Source of the DNA: Octopus vulgaris
Taxonomy: Eukaryota
NCBI GenBank assembly: GCA_951406725.2
Contig: OX597816.1
Location: 63,116,001-63,180,000, forward strand
Length of the DNA: 64,000 nucleotides
Direction: 5' to 3'
Position numbers and translations under genes: made by a program. Below are positions 26,833 to 40,759 of this stretch, one piece after another; position 1 is the first letter of the stretch; the number at the start of each line of letters is the position of its first letter. The notes beneath the pieces were generated by a model. It saw only the letters and a list, made by a program, of their open reading frames with translations, made no database searches and had not been told where the DNA came from.

Positions 26833-27531
26833 TCACACATACGCATACGTCAATGTATTCGTACACACACACACACACACATTATTCTTTATGTTTTCTA
26901 AATTTCAATGAAAGAGCTTTGTTTCAGCTGTTTGCCCATGGCTGGAAAACTTGTAAGATAAGATCCTAAAACATGCATGAATATATGAACATATATCCTC
27001 TATGCACATATAACTTAACAACTTTGTTCATATTATAAATTCTGATTTGCACATATAATCATTGGTGCAGTCAGCTGTGTTATTCAACGTCTAAGTGTAT
27101 ATCTTCAAAATCTAACATACACATTGCAAATACAAATTTGTGAGAGGAACAGTAAATTTATGCAAGACTTTTCTAAGTTTACCGTTTAACACTTCAACGT
27201 CTGGCATCAAAGATATGCAAGCATAATCACCAGAAAACCTTGTGTGACAAAGCCGGGTTTTTGAATTACGGGTACATTTTATTCTACAGTCTTCCTCGGT
27301 TACCGTCTACCCGATTTCATTCACGTGTCTCGTTTCGACCCTATGTTGTGATGGAAGAGATTTGCCCAGTGTGCCACGCGGTAACATCGAACCTAGGATC
27401 TTCTGATTGCGGCATGAATTAGCCATTCGACTAAGATGGTGCATCATACGTAGCAATATATTATACACGTGTATGCACAAACATACATACGTACATATAC
27501 GTGTGTGTATGCATACACATAAAGTAATAAC

Positions 27532-27565
<34 letters not shown>

Positions 27566-27568
27566 ATG

Positions 27569-27634
<66 letters not shown>

Positions 27635-28219
27635 TGTATGTATGTATACAGACACACGTAACGTACATTCATACATATGCGCACATACATATGAGGGAGG
27701 CACACACAAAAAAGGAAAGAGGTAGGGAGAAAGATACAGAGCGAGAGAGAAGGAGAGAGAGAGAAGAGAAAGAGAGAGAAAGAAAGAGAGAGAGGGAGAG
27801 TGATGTGTGATTGTGTCCGAGCAAGCTGGCCCCATTTCAAAGTGTTTATTAAATATTTTAGTAACAAATGGCTGATTACGCATCATTTATATATGGCTTA
27901 CGGGTATACAGGGTATATATATATATACGGACACGTGTAGTGTGAGTGTGCACATGATGTATAATGAACAAGTACCAAAGCAGAATAAAAGAGAAGTTGA
28001 ACGATTTATAGACATGGTGATTCTATAGCAGGGAGTTCTTGTCTTGTCCCTTATGAGTTTAACAGGTCTCATGAGAATCAGAGATGCATGCCAACTGACC
28101 TGCCTACCCGCCAACAATGAAGTTCCAGCCCGATGCGTACATATGTGAGTATTCGAGTATTCATAGGAGTGTATAGATACATGCATACATACATGCATGC
28201 ATACATACATACATATATG

Positions 28220-28317
<98 letters not shown>

Positions 28318-28460
28318 AATATATATATATATGTGTGTTTGTATATATATATATATATATATTTTACATACACACATGCATACATACGTACATTCATGCA
28401 TACGCGTATAGCTATATATATATGTGTGCATATACATCTTTATATGCATATATACGTATC

Positions 28461-28496
<36 letters not shown>

Positions 28497-28638
28497 ATGT
28501 AATGTGTGTGTGAAGGCGCGTGGCTTAGTGGTTAGGGCATTCGGCCTACACACATGCATACATACGTACATTCATGCATACGCGTATAGCTATATATATA
28601 TGTGTGCATATACATCTTTATATGCATATATACGTATC

Positions 28639-28680
<42 letters not shown>

Positions 28681-28695
28681 ATGTAATGTGTGTGT

Positions 28696-29016
28696 GAAGG
28701 CGCGTGGCTTAGTGGTTAGGGCATTCGGCTCACGTTCGTAAGGTCGAGAGTTCAATTCCCGGCGACGCTTTGTGTCCTTGAGCAAGACACTTTATTTCGC
28801 GTTGCTCCAGACCACTCAGCCGGCAAAAGTTAGCAGTACTTGTATTTCAAAGGGCCGGCCTTGTCACACTCTGTGTCACGCTGAGTCACCCCGAGAACCA
28901 CATTAAGGGTACACGTGTCCGTGGAGTGCTCAACCACTTGCACGTTCATTTCATGAGCAAGCTGTTCCGTTGATCGTATCAGCTGGGACCCTCTTCGTCG
29001 TAACCGACGGAGTGCT
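28696..29016 (+). mobile_element. tRNA-derived SINE family D
   Basis: A box TGGCTTAGTGG, B box GAGTTCAATTCC, then GTGTCCTTGAGCAAGACACTT; diverged copies near 19890, 31930 and 32710. Confidence 0.8.
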
Positions 29017-29018
29017 TC

Positions 29019-29051
<33 letters not shown>

Positions 29052-29295
29052 GTCTCTTTCTCTCTCTCCCTATATATTTATTCTTTTGTTTCAGTCACCT
29101 TTGATTGTGGCCATGCAGGAGCACCACCTTTTTAGTCGAAGAAATAGATCCCTGGACTTACTCTTTGTAATCTTGGTACTTACTCTATCGGTTACTTTTG
29201 CCGAACCGCTAAGTTACGGGGACGTAAACACACCAACATCGGTTGTCAAGCGATGGTGGAAGGTGGGAGACAGACAGACACAAATACACAAATAT

Positions 29296-29356
<61 letters not shown>

Positions 29357-29609
29357 CACACATATATATAAGTATATATATGTGTGTGTGTGTGTGTATA
29401 TATATGTACATGTAAATACATATATAAATATATATGTATGAATGTATGTACGTATGCATGTATGTATTATGTGGGTAAATATACACACACACACACAAGC
29501 ATATACGTGCACATACATACAAACACCAACATAGATCGGTGCTTATGTGTATGGTTCTACGGTGGACACTGCAGGAGAGCGGAGGAGAGGGAGAAAGAGG
29601 AGGAGAAAC

Positions 29610-29652
<43 letters not shown>

Positions 29653-30182
29653 AGGGAGAGAAAGTGAGTGAGAGAAATATTAGGGAAGACAGAAAGAAAA
29701 GGAGAGAAAGTGAGACCGACGAAGAAAGACAGAAAAGAAGAGAGACAAATTCAGTGAGAGAGAGAGAGAGAGATGTCGTGAAAAATTACATTTATTTGGA
29801 GCCTGCAGTATTTCGTTGTCATTGGCAACGCTAAAGTTTCCATTCAGTCGGCCTCGCATTCTTAAAAATAGATATTGACGTCATTCTTATTCCTGACCGA
29901 TTTGGACCAATTTATGTATAATGTAGGCAGAGGTTATTAGTGGTTCTCTGTTTATGTTGATGTGTGTGTGTGTGTGTATGTGTGTGTGTATGTGTGTACG
30001 TATATATATATATATATATATATATATAAGCACACGCACACGTATGCACACAAATATGTATATACACAAACATACACATATACGTGTTATACGTGTGTGC
30101 GTGTATGAACATATATACATATATGTGTGTGGTGTGTGTGTGTGTGTGTACATATAATATATATATATATATCTTTTGCTCT

Positions 30183-30391
30183 CTTTTACTCTTTTACTTC
30201 TTTCAGTCATTTGACTGTGGCCATGCTGGAGCACCGCCTTTAGTCGAGCAAATCGACCCCAGGACTTATTCTTTGTAAGCCTAGTACTTATTCTATCGGG
30301 CTTTCTTTTGCCGAAGCGCTGAGTTACGGGGACGTAAACACACCAGCATCGGCTGTCAAGCGATGTTGGGTGGACAAACACAGACACACAA

Positions 30392-30479
<88 letters not shown>

Positions 30480-30622
30480 GTCGGGCTTCTTTCAGTTTCC
30501 GTCTACCGAATCCATTCACAAGGTTTTGGTCGGCCCGAGGCTATAGTAGAAGACATTTGCCCAAGGTGCCACGCAGTGGGACTGAACCCGGGACCATGTG
30601 GTTGGGAAGCTGGCTTCTTACC
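30183..30622 (-). mobile_element. SINE family A
   Basis: Matches family A; partial copy also at 29084-29290. Confidence 0.88.
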
Positions 30623-31479
30623 ATATTCTGTTGACCGACCAGCGAGAAACAGCAGCCAAACAGATCACACACTATCTTCCTGAATAATACGAAAGCACAT
30701 CAGGTTATGTAGACTTATATTCAATTGTAAAGATGAGATGGTCACGTTTGGCTGCGTGAATGATGTCAGAAGTTATCTTAGGAGAAAAAGCAACAAGAAC
30801 AATAACAGATTTATCTCTTTATCCCTGTACATGCATTCATACATGCACCCACAGTAATATAGTCTTAGTGAAACAAAGACTGGAACTCGAACCCAGCACA
30901 GTTATATTTAAAATATCCATCCATTCATCCACCACTCCACTCGTCCACCTTTTATTTATCTGTCTATCTATCTATCTATTATATATATGTGTATGTGTGT
31001 GTGTTTGTGTGACTTTTGTGTCTATATATATATATAAGTATTATTTGAGGGAATATATATATATATATATATATATATATGGATATAACAAGAATATATC
31101 TGTATAGCGTATATACATGTACACGTACATCGATGCATATGCAGATATGTAAGTTAGTAAATATGCATATGTATAGAATATCTACGCGTATCTATATATG
31201 TAATATGATACATACATACATAATACATGTAATATATGTAATATGATACATATGTGTATATACTCATGCATGTTTGTGTGCGTGTATGTATAAGTGTACG
31301 CGCGTGCTTTGTGTGTGTGTGTGTTTGTAACTGTGTCTGTATGTGCACTGTAAATAGTTGTTTTACATGGAAAGAGAGATTATATGCCCGTTCTTATCTT
31401 ATCTTTACGCCAATGATCAAAAACCGTTAGAATATCCAGCATGTTACGGGTTAGAAACATCATATACATGTGTATGTAT

Positions 31480-31553
<74 letters not shown>

Positions 31554-32171
31554 AGCTATGTATACATACTGCATATACTCTATGTACTATATCTCATTTT
31601 AAAATCTATTAGACATACCAAATACGACCGTTATTATAAACGCCGAAATAATTATATCTAAGTATAAAAGCATCGTGACCCTGCGCACGTGCCTTTCTGA
31701 TTGGAATACACCGATAAAGTTACGTATAAGATGCTAACCACAGGTTTAATTTAAACACAGATTTCATGATAGAGCGTAATATTGCTCAAAATATATACAG
31801 TTTAGAGACGGACAAAATAACCTTGTCTCATTTTGCCACAATCACACTGCGCTATGAACAACTTCACCCGCAGAACAAAAATTACAAAAATTCACAATAC
31901 TAGTATTATAAAACTGTGGTTGTACATGACTTTGTAGCTAGAATGTTGGATTCACAATCGCAAGGTCATGAGTTTGGTTCACGTACCTAACAGCATGTTA
32001 TGCCCAGGGGCGAAGCACTTTATTTTCCGTTGCTCTTATCGATTGAGCTGAAAACGAGTTGCATGAGCTGCAGGGTGGCGTTTCCCACGTTATCAGGCCC
32101 CAAAATCTTACAAAATGCAAGGCAGCTGCGGCAGACAGGATGGGAAGATGATAAAATTATTGATGAATAAA

Positions 32172-32588
32172 CGCAGGAGTGGCTGTGTGGTAAGTAGCTT
32201 GCTTATCAACCACATGGTTCCGGGTTCAGTCCCACTGCGTGGCAAGTGTCTTCTTGGGCAAGTGTCTTCTACTATATAGCCTCGGGCCGACCAAAGCCTT
32301 GTGAGTGGATTTGGTAGACGGAAACTGAAAGAAGCTCGACGTATATATGTGTATATGTATATGTATGTATGTGTATATGTGTTTGTGTTTGTCCCCCCCA
32401 ACATCGCTTGACAACTGATGCTGCTGTGTTTACGTCCCCGTAACTTAGCAGTTCGGCAAAAGAGACCGATAGAATAAGTACTAGGTTTACAAAGAATAAG
32501 TCCTGGGGTCGATTTTCTCAATTAAAGGCGGTGCTTCAGCATGGCCGCAGTCAAATGACTGAAACAAGTAAAAGAGTAAAGAGTAGAG
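32172..32588 (+). mobile_element. SINE family A, full length
   Basis: A and B boxes plus tail; short internal duplication of GGCAAGTGTCTTCT. Confidence 0.9.
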
Positions 32589-33074
32589 TATACTGATGGT
32601 CCGGAACCTCTTATAATCCGCGCTAATTTACTAGCAGGACCTTCACATTCCACCGGCCGCCAGACTAGCTTTCTGTGCATACCTAGTACGGTATGCACAA
32701 TAATATGTGAAGGCACATGGCTTAATGGTTAGGGTGTTGGACTCACGCTGGTAAAATTGTGGTTTCGATTCCTGGACCTGGCAATGCGTTCTGTTCTCGA
32801 GCAAAATGCTTCACGTTGCTCCAGTCCACTCATGGGTTGAGCCTGCAGAGGAATGGGCCCCGCAAAAGTTTCTCGCCGTCGACACGCTGCATGGCTTCAG
32901 CGCCCCATCAACCGCCAACGGAGTTAAGGGACTTGTCAATTGTCGTATTTAATATTTGCTTAATTTAGTGTATCTTCATCAAGGTAACCACCCCTCGTTC
33001 GGAAATATCAATATTCCAGAAAGCCTTTAAAACCAACGATTCCGAAGAAAATTCGATGTTGTACCTATATATAT

Positions 33075-33153
<79 letters not shown>

Positions 33154-33157
<4 letters not shown>

Positions 33158-33715
33158 TGTCCGGAAAGTTGGTGCCGATTTTTAAAGGAAAGAAAATCGT
33201 CAATAAATACTTGTCGTTACATTTTTAATCAACCAAATATGAAACATTTTGCTGCACAATGCGTTTCCATCTTTCCTTCAACTTGAAAATACCCTCTTCT
33301 CAGAATTGAGTTGGTTTCATGGCAAAGAATTCATCAAGCTATCTTTTTACGTCATCCGAGGAATGGAAATTTTTACCATTAAAACTATTCTGCAGAGACC
33401 TGAATAAGTGGAAATCCGAAGGAGCAATGTCTGGTGAATATGGAGGGTTGGTTAACACATCCCAGTCGAGCTGCAGCAATTTTTGTCTGGTTCCCAAAGC
33501 ATCTAGTGCCGAAAATGAACTTTCTTATTTTTCATTTTAAAGGGTTACAGAATTAACACAGGTTATAGGAACATAAACCTTCTTCTACGAAAAGATAGCT
33601 TAAACTGTGCTCTAAATGGAGGTGTAGTCAAATCCTATTTTATGGACTCAACCATGTTCTAAAATAAGTCGAAAGGTAAGCTACTATAAATCGGCACGAA
33701 CTTTCCGGACAACCC
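33154..33715 (-). mobile_element. Internally deleted mariner (Tc1/mariner) transposon
   Basis: 28-bp TIRs GGGTTGTCCGGAAAGTTGGTGCCGATTT / AAATCGGCACGAACTTTCCGGACAACCC in TA context; transposase remnant on the minus strand. Confidence 0.93.
33226..33535 (-). pseudogene. Mariner transposase remnant (N-terminal stub fused to C-terminus)
   Basis: MKNKKVHFRH*MLWE, then in another frame LGTRQKLLQLDWDVLTNPPYSPDIAPSDFHLFRSLQNSFNGKNF...GIFKLKERWKRIVQQN. YSPDxAPSD is the mariner signature; in-frame stops present. Confidence 0.9.
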
Positions 33716-33723
33716 AACATATA

Positions 33724-33912
33724 TCATCATCATCGTTTAACATCCGCTTTCCATGCTAGCATGGGTTGGACAATTTGACTGAGGTCTGGCAAACCAGTTG
33801 GCTGCACCAGGCTGCAATCTGATCTGGCAGAGTTTCTACAGCTGGAAACCCTTCCTAACGCCAACCCCTCCGAGAGAGTAGTGGGTGCTTTTACGTGCCA
33901 CCGGCACGAGGA
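33724..33912 (-). mobile_element. RTE-type retroposon 3' fragment, same family as in the foldback arms
   Basis: CATCATCATCGTTTAACATCCGCTTTCCATGCTAGCATGGGTTGGAC...CCCTTCCTAACGCCAACC. Confidence 0.75.
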
Positions 33913-34260
33913 CCAAATACCTCTACACACACAGAACAGGAGGAATGGAAAGGAAAGTAGAAAATAGAATGAGAAACCTAAAAGACTCATATTGATCAAT
34001 GATGTGAGTGTGTGTATTATTAAAGCATAGTCTTTACGACTAAGTGCTATTTTCCAATGCCTCTCAAACTTTCGTCAGGAGCCGAGGATTCTTGTAAGGA
34101 ACTTCAAACGTCTTTTTCGGCGATAGCGACTATATTCAGGCCAAAAGAATTAATCTCTTCGATGGCAACAATCTTTAAGTGTGTGTGTTTGTATGTATGT
34201 GTGCGTATATGTGTGATGTGTGATATGTGTGTGTGTGTATGTGTGTGTGTATGTGTGTGT

Positions 34261-34296
<36 letters not shown>

Positions 34297-34622
34297 AGGT
34301 AGCTAATTGGATAGAGAGATTACACGAAAACTTGTCATTTTTGAAACTTAGTTACATTCTGAAATACATATTATACATACACGCGCGCACACTCACATGC
34401 ACGTACGTTTATGTACACATACATACATGACCTCGTGTATACCGTTGGCGATTTTTTTTCCTCTGTCTTCCCTTCTCTGGATCTTTCCCTTTCCTATGCT
34501 TCCGACGAAGAGCTCCGCTCGAAACGTTAAAACCTCCTTCTTTCCTGAGCGTCCAATAATACTATATTTGTTCCACGTCCTCGCGTTGTTGTGTTTTTTT
34601 GTGCTTTCTTGTTTGGATTAAC

Positions 34623-34654
<32 letters not shown>

Positions 34655-34684
34655 CATACATACATACATACATACATACATACA

Positions 34685-35031
34685 AGCATTTCTCAACTCC
34701 TTTCTGTAACTGTCTGTAACTGCGCTCCACACTTTTTTGCATTTATCAAAAGTGTCTTGTCTTCTGAAATGAGTCAACGAAGTTGATGTGCTGATGACGT
34801 ATATTGTGGCAGAAACACGGGTATATAGCTGTCGTCTAGTCTTCTTTTCCTTACTTGCATATCAATTTTGGAGTATTCTTCAGTTTTGACTACATCATCA
34901 CCTCTTATTTGGAATTGGCAACAATTTCCACCAAATGATTGTTCTGCCCTCTCTGGAAGTCGAAGATAGTTTTGAAGAATTACAAAAAGTTTATCTTCAA
35001 TATCATTTTGTATACCTCTATTTGCCATCAT
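34685..35031 (-). pseudogene. Decayed MADF/Myb-SANT-like coding remnant, possibly a PIF/Harbinger accessory gene
   Basis: Across shifting frames: [13 protein letters not shown]; FDFQRGQNNHLVEIVA; QN*RILQN*YASKEKK (stops at the expected W and R); HINFVDSFQKTR; [20 protein letters not shown]. Recognised by eye only. Confidence 0.4.
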
Positions 35032-35117
35032 CTGGGCGTGTATGTATTTTATATATGTGTGTGTGTGTATACACACACAAATACATGTATACTACATATA
35101 TATTTATGTATACATGC

Positions 35118-35169
<52 letters not shown>

Positions 35170-35184
35170 CATACATATTATATG

Positions 35185-35231
<47 letters not shown>

Positions 35232-35293
35232 ATAAAACGGTAAGATAACAAAAGAAAGAAAGAGACCTCAATATTATGTAAATAGAGGAAATT

Positions 35294-35425
35294 TATCTAT
35301 ACAATATGTTACATTACTCGGTAGTCAAGATAAAACTCTGAGTTTCAGATGCCGAAGTGGAAATCCACATCTGAAACTCAGAGTTTTATCTTGACTACCG
35401 AGTAATGTAACATATTGTATAGATA
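35294..35425. repeat. Perfect 58-bp inverted repeat with 16-nt loop
   Basis: TATCTATACAATATG...GAGTTTCAGATG (35294-35351) and its exact reverse complement (35368-35425). Confidence 0.95.
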
Positions 35426-36259
35426 TATATATATATATATATATATCCAGAGATAACCTCCGTTATCAGTTAAGGCAATAAGCATAAAAGTGAATAAAAG
35501 TGTTAAAGTTTTACTGCTTTATTTTGTATGTTTTTATACTTATTTATTTATTTATTTTTATCCCTCCCCTCACCCCACCCCCACTGGAAACAAGTTTACC
35601 GTATTATTAATTTTTTTTCTTTTTGTTGTTTTTTTTTTTGCACCCTGCCGCCATAACTTTACTGTTCAGCTTTATCTTAAGATAACGGACGAATATCGGG
35701 TGGGAGGGGGGAAACGGGTGGGGGCCGCGTCGGGGAGTGCTGTTGTACTGGGTAGCGGGTGGTTCTTTCGAGAAGAAACACTAAAAAATAAAAATAAAAA
35801 CAAAAACAAAAAAAAAAAAACAATAACAAATAACAAACATTGACTCAGCTTTAAAAATAAGTTTCGAGTTAATCCATATATTTGGTCTTCTTATTTTCTT
35901 TTATTATTATTTGTTGTTGTTATTGTTATTGTTGCGGAGTGGGGTGGGGTGCTGTGGGGGTTGGGGTGATGATATTTATTGTTGTTCGTTTTTGTTGCTG
36001 CTGTTTTTCTGGTGTTCTTTCCGTTTTCTCTGTTTCTATTTATTTATTTATTTATTTATTCATTATTTATTTATTTAGGTTTTGATAAAAAGAATAACTT
36101 CAGCCATTACGAAAAACACTTTGTAGAGACCTCATGTGGATATAATATTATTTAAGGAGTTTCCAGTCTCTCTTTCTCTTTCTCTCTCTCTCTCTTTTTC
36201 ATTCTTTCTTTCTTTCTCCCTCTCCCTATATTTCTCACTGTCCTTCTCTTTCATGCATC

Positions 36260-36296
<37 letters not shown>

Positions 36297-36322
36297 AGGT
36301 AGATAGACACACACACACATAC

Positions 36323-36360
<38 letters not shown>

Positions 36361-36473
36361 TTATACATATGTATATGTGTTGATGTATATATGTATTTCC
36401 GCATGTACATTGTACATATGTATCTGTGACATATGTATCCACACAAGCATATTTTATACAAATATGTTAACGT

Positions 36474-36510
<37 letters not shown>

Positions 36511-36547
36511 CATACAGACAGACAGACGTGTGTAACTGTCTGTCTGC

Positions 36548-36624
<77 letters not shown>

Positions 36625-36689
36625 CATCTGTCTTTCTATCTATCTACCTACCTACCTATCCATCTATCTATCTATCCGCCTACCTACCC

Positions 36690-36730
<41 letters not shown>

Positions 36731-36731
36731 C

Positions 36732-36777
<46 letters not shown>

Positions 36778-36837
36778 GTCTGTCTGTCTGTCTGTCTGTC
36801 TACCTATCCATCTATCTATCTATCCGCCTACCTACCC

Positions 36838-36898
<61 letters not shown>

Positions 36899-36934
36899 GG
36901 TAGCTAGCTAGCTCTCTCTCCCCCCTCTCTCCCT

Positions 36935-36976
<42 letters not shown>

Positions 36977-37377
36977 ATCCACCCTATATCCCTCCATTCT
37001 ACACGTCTGTATCGGAGCATCAATACATGTGAAGGTGTTATTCCTCTTCTGTGGAATCTATTCGGTAAACAGTCGTTATCAAATGTGTTTTGTGAGCTCT
37101 ACTGAGAAGCGATTTCAACGATTTAACGACGTATTTAATATCTTCGCCTGAATGCATCGCGCTTTGTGTATATAAATTCTGTCTGTATGTGTGTGTGCGA
37201 GAGAGAGAGAGAGAGTGAGAGAGAGAGAGAGGGGGGGAGAGAGTATATGTGCGTGCTTATATTTAAGCATACAAACACACATTTATATGTATATGTATAT
37301 GCATGTGTATATATAATGTGTGTGTACGCACACATTCGTATGCATATTTGCATATTTGTTTAAATACACCCTGTGTA

Positions 37378-37420
<43 letters not shown>

Positions 37421-37588
37421 TCGCACATATAAATGTATACGTATCTCTACGTATATTTGAACACATATATATATGTATATATATATATATGTGTGTGTGT
37501 GTGTAGAGATACGTATATATCTATATGTGTATGTGTATATATATATAAATATACGTCAGTGTATATAAATATGTATATATATATATAT

Positions 37589-37696
<108 letters not shown>

Positions 37697-37705
37697 GTGT
37701 GTGTG

Positions 37706-37748
<43 letters not shown>

Positions 37749-38075
37749 ATATAATATAATATAATATGATATAATATAATATAATATAATATAATATAGT
37801 TTTCGCTGACCTCTCTCGTCGATAGTTGAATGTCTGTTTCTACGATTGAACATTCCGGAATGCTGTTTACATTTCTGAACCTCATTCTATAGAAATGTCC
37901 ATATCATTAGTTCAGATAAGGTAAGGCAAGATTCTTTGAATAATATATAATAATATTGTCTAGTATAACGAAATACAAATTAAGCCGTTTTAGTAACGCT
38001 CGAGTGCGCACGCCTTCCCGCACTCACACATCCACCTACGTAATATGTGTATACATACATACATACATACATACA

Positions 38076-38176
<101 letters not shown>

Positions 38177-38519
38177 GTATGTATTATTAAATAGCGCGTT
38201 TACTGATCGTTGGAGCGTTGTACAGGATGCCCTGCGATATTCGTTTCCGGTGCTCCGAGTTCAGATCCCGCCTTTGTCAATTTCTTTTCTTTCATCCTTT
38301 CGGAGATGGGAGTCAGTCAGTAAAATACCAATCCTGTACCAAGATCGATTCATCTTATTCTTTTTCCGCTTTTCTTGTTCTGACCCCAGAGAAAAATTGG
38401 TTCCGCTATGTTTGTTTCAAATGCACAAGTTACATCGTATGTCAGGATAGTGCTATAACAAATCAATAACGAGGTTAGTGCCTAAAAGTATGATCGATAT
38501 ATATGTATATATTATTTAT

Positions 38520-39010
38520 GATGGCGACTCTACATGGTCCCACGACATGCCATAAAGGCAGCAGTCATATGTCCCTCAGATCATATCAGACACGACCTAT
38601 GTGTGTATTACTTACGATGGAGACTGCGTTGTCTTACGATATGCCTTAGAGATAGCAGTCATATCTCCCTCAAATCATATCAGACACGACCGATGTGTGT
38701 ATTACTTACGATGGAGACTCTGCGTTGTCTTACGACATGCCTTAGAGACAGCAGTCATATCTCCCTCAAATCATATCAGACATGACCGATGTGTGTATTA
38801 CAATGGAGACTTTGCGTTGTCTTACGACATGACATAAAGATAGCAGTCATATCTCCCTCAAATAATATCAGACACGACCGATGTGTGTATTACTTACGAT
38901 GGAGACTCTGCGCTGTCTTATGATATGCCATAAAGACAGCACCAATAATCTCCCTCAAATCATATCAGACACGACCAATATATGTATTACTTATGACGGA
39001 GATTCTGTGT
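38520..39010. repeat. Minisatellite, about 5 copies of a ~96-bp unit
   Basis: Unit GATGGAGACTCTGCGTTGTCTTACGACATGCC...CAGCAGTCATATCTCCCTCAAATCATATCAGACACGACCGATGTGTGTATTACTTAC at about 38520, 38616, 38710, 38802 and 38898. Confidence 0.93.
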
Positions 39011-39744
39011 GATCCCACAAATCATGTCAAATCATGTCAAACATGTCAGAAAAACAAAAAGCGCAATGATGGCTACGAGTAAGCTGTCATTTATCTTAGA
39101 TTTGCCCCAATCAGGGATGACTTAGGTATTTATCATCATCATCATCATCATCATCATATCAACAACAACAATAGCAACACTATCAACATCATCATCAACA
39201 ATAACAATATTATTTGTCATGTCTTGGAAGACGCAAAGGTTGGACGATTCATTGACAGGAAAAAAATGATAGCAACTTTACCTTCCATGGCTGAGCAATT
39301 TTCGAATGGTGTAAACATCTACACACACACACACACACACACAAAAGACCGGTTTCTTTCAATTTTCGTCTACCAATCCTGAATCCGATGAAAAAGACAT
39401 TTACCCGAGGTGTTGCGCAGTGGGAACTGAACTTGAAACTACGCGATTGGGAAGTGAATGTCATAACAGCATAGACACGCATACGTCCGCATCTTGTGAT
39501 ACCCTAAAAACGAAAATAGATAAATAAATAAATAAAATTAAAATTAAAAGCAAAAGTACTCGAGAGCGCAGGATTGCTTAGTTGATTAGATAAGCAAGAC
39601 CCAACACAGAGAAGAGAGAGTATTTCTTTTTATTTTGCCCCCCGAAAATGCAGTCTTATCATTAAACAAGTTTCACAGTATACAAACATTTCGTTACTTT
39701 GTATGCATTTATGTTCAAAAATTTAGTTCTGTTCAGCATGACTA

Positions 39745-39920
39745 TATTTCTTTACTACCCACAAGGGGCTAAACATAGAGGAGACAAACAAGGACAGATA
39801 AACGGATTAAGTCGATTATATCGACCCCAGTGCGAAACTGGTACTTTATTTATCGACCCCGAAAGGATGAAAGGCAAAGTCGACCTCGGCGGAATTTGAA
39901 CTCAGAACGTATCGACAGAC
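39745..39920 (-). mobile_element. SINE family B monomer, 5'-truncated
   Basis: Matches the family B body and tail. Confidence 0.85.
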
Positions 39921-40400
39921 GGAATGTATAACCTGGATGGGGAGCCGTCTCCTGTTAAGCAAATCTTTCCAAAGAAAAAGTTCATGTGTGATACTGAGCC
40001 TGGTTGTTTATCGACAGGTGAGTTCTCTAATAAGAAGTGTTCAAACCTGAATCATTGCATTGAAATATTACGTTCCTCGCGCATGATAAATGGACTAATA
40101 ACTGATTTCTACCGATGCAAACCAATATTATTTTCCTAGGCTTCTGGATTTTACCATTTACCATACTCTTTCGTAGGTACAAAATATGAAGATGATGTCC
40201 TTTTCGTCGTATCTTACTGGAGTAAGGACTACAGTCTGTATATAGAAATAGCAACCAACTGTCCAATTACATGTCCTACTGTCCCACATTGTACAATGTT
40301 GCTACAAAATAGCGGAATTATCACAACTATAACCTTTGATTATTGGTCTGCTTGATTGGAACTGACTTGAGGTAAATGAACAGTTACAGCAGCAACAGTA

Positions 40401-40759
40401 GTGGAGGCGCAAAGGCCCAGTGGTTAGGGCAGCGGACTCGCGGTTTCGATTCCCAGACCGGGCGTTGTGTGTGTTTATTGAGCGAAAACACCTAAAGCTC
40501 CACGAGGCTCTGGCAGGGGGTGGTGTTGACCCCTGTTGTACTCTTTCGCCCCAACTTTCTCTCACTCTTTCTTCCTGTTTCTTGTCCCCGACTTCCTACG
40601 CAACCGCTGAGCCTGGATGCGCATTCATCCATCCGTTGATGCTCTTGGTGTCGGGGGTTGACCTGCTTTCTCTTCTGCAGGTCTTACGAATAGCAAAGGA
40701 CCACGTTTCAGACTTCTCCCACTAATGGGACGAAGACCGCTTCGTTCAACAAACAAACA
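40401..40759 (+). mobile_element. tRNA-derived SINE family C with 13-bp TSD
   Basis: Head GTGGAGGCGCAAAGGCCCAGTGGTTAGG, B box GGTTTCGATTCC, (CAAA)n tail; TSD AGCAGCAACAGTA at 40388-40400 and 40760-40772. Confidence 0.85.

Noticed and set aside
28696-28765. tRNA genes at SINE heads (also 32172, 40401, 48237)
   Set aside because: A/B boxes are present but there is no complete cloverleaf, and they run straight into repeated SINE bodies.
39924-40023. Strong donor CAG|GTGAGT at 40018 after MYNLDGEPSPVKQ...
   Set aside because: Starts at a SINE boundary with no convincing acceptor; consensus donors occur by chance in 64 kb.
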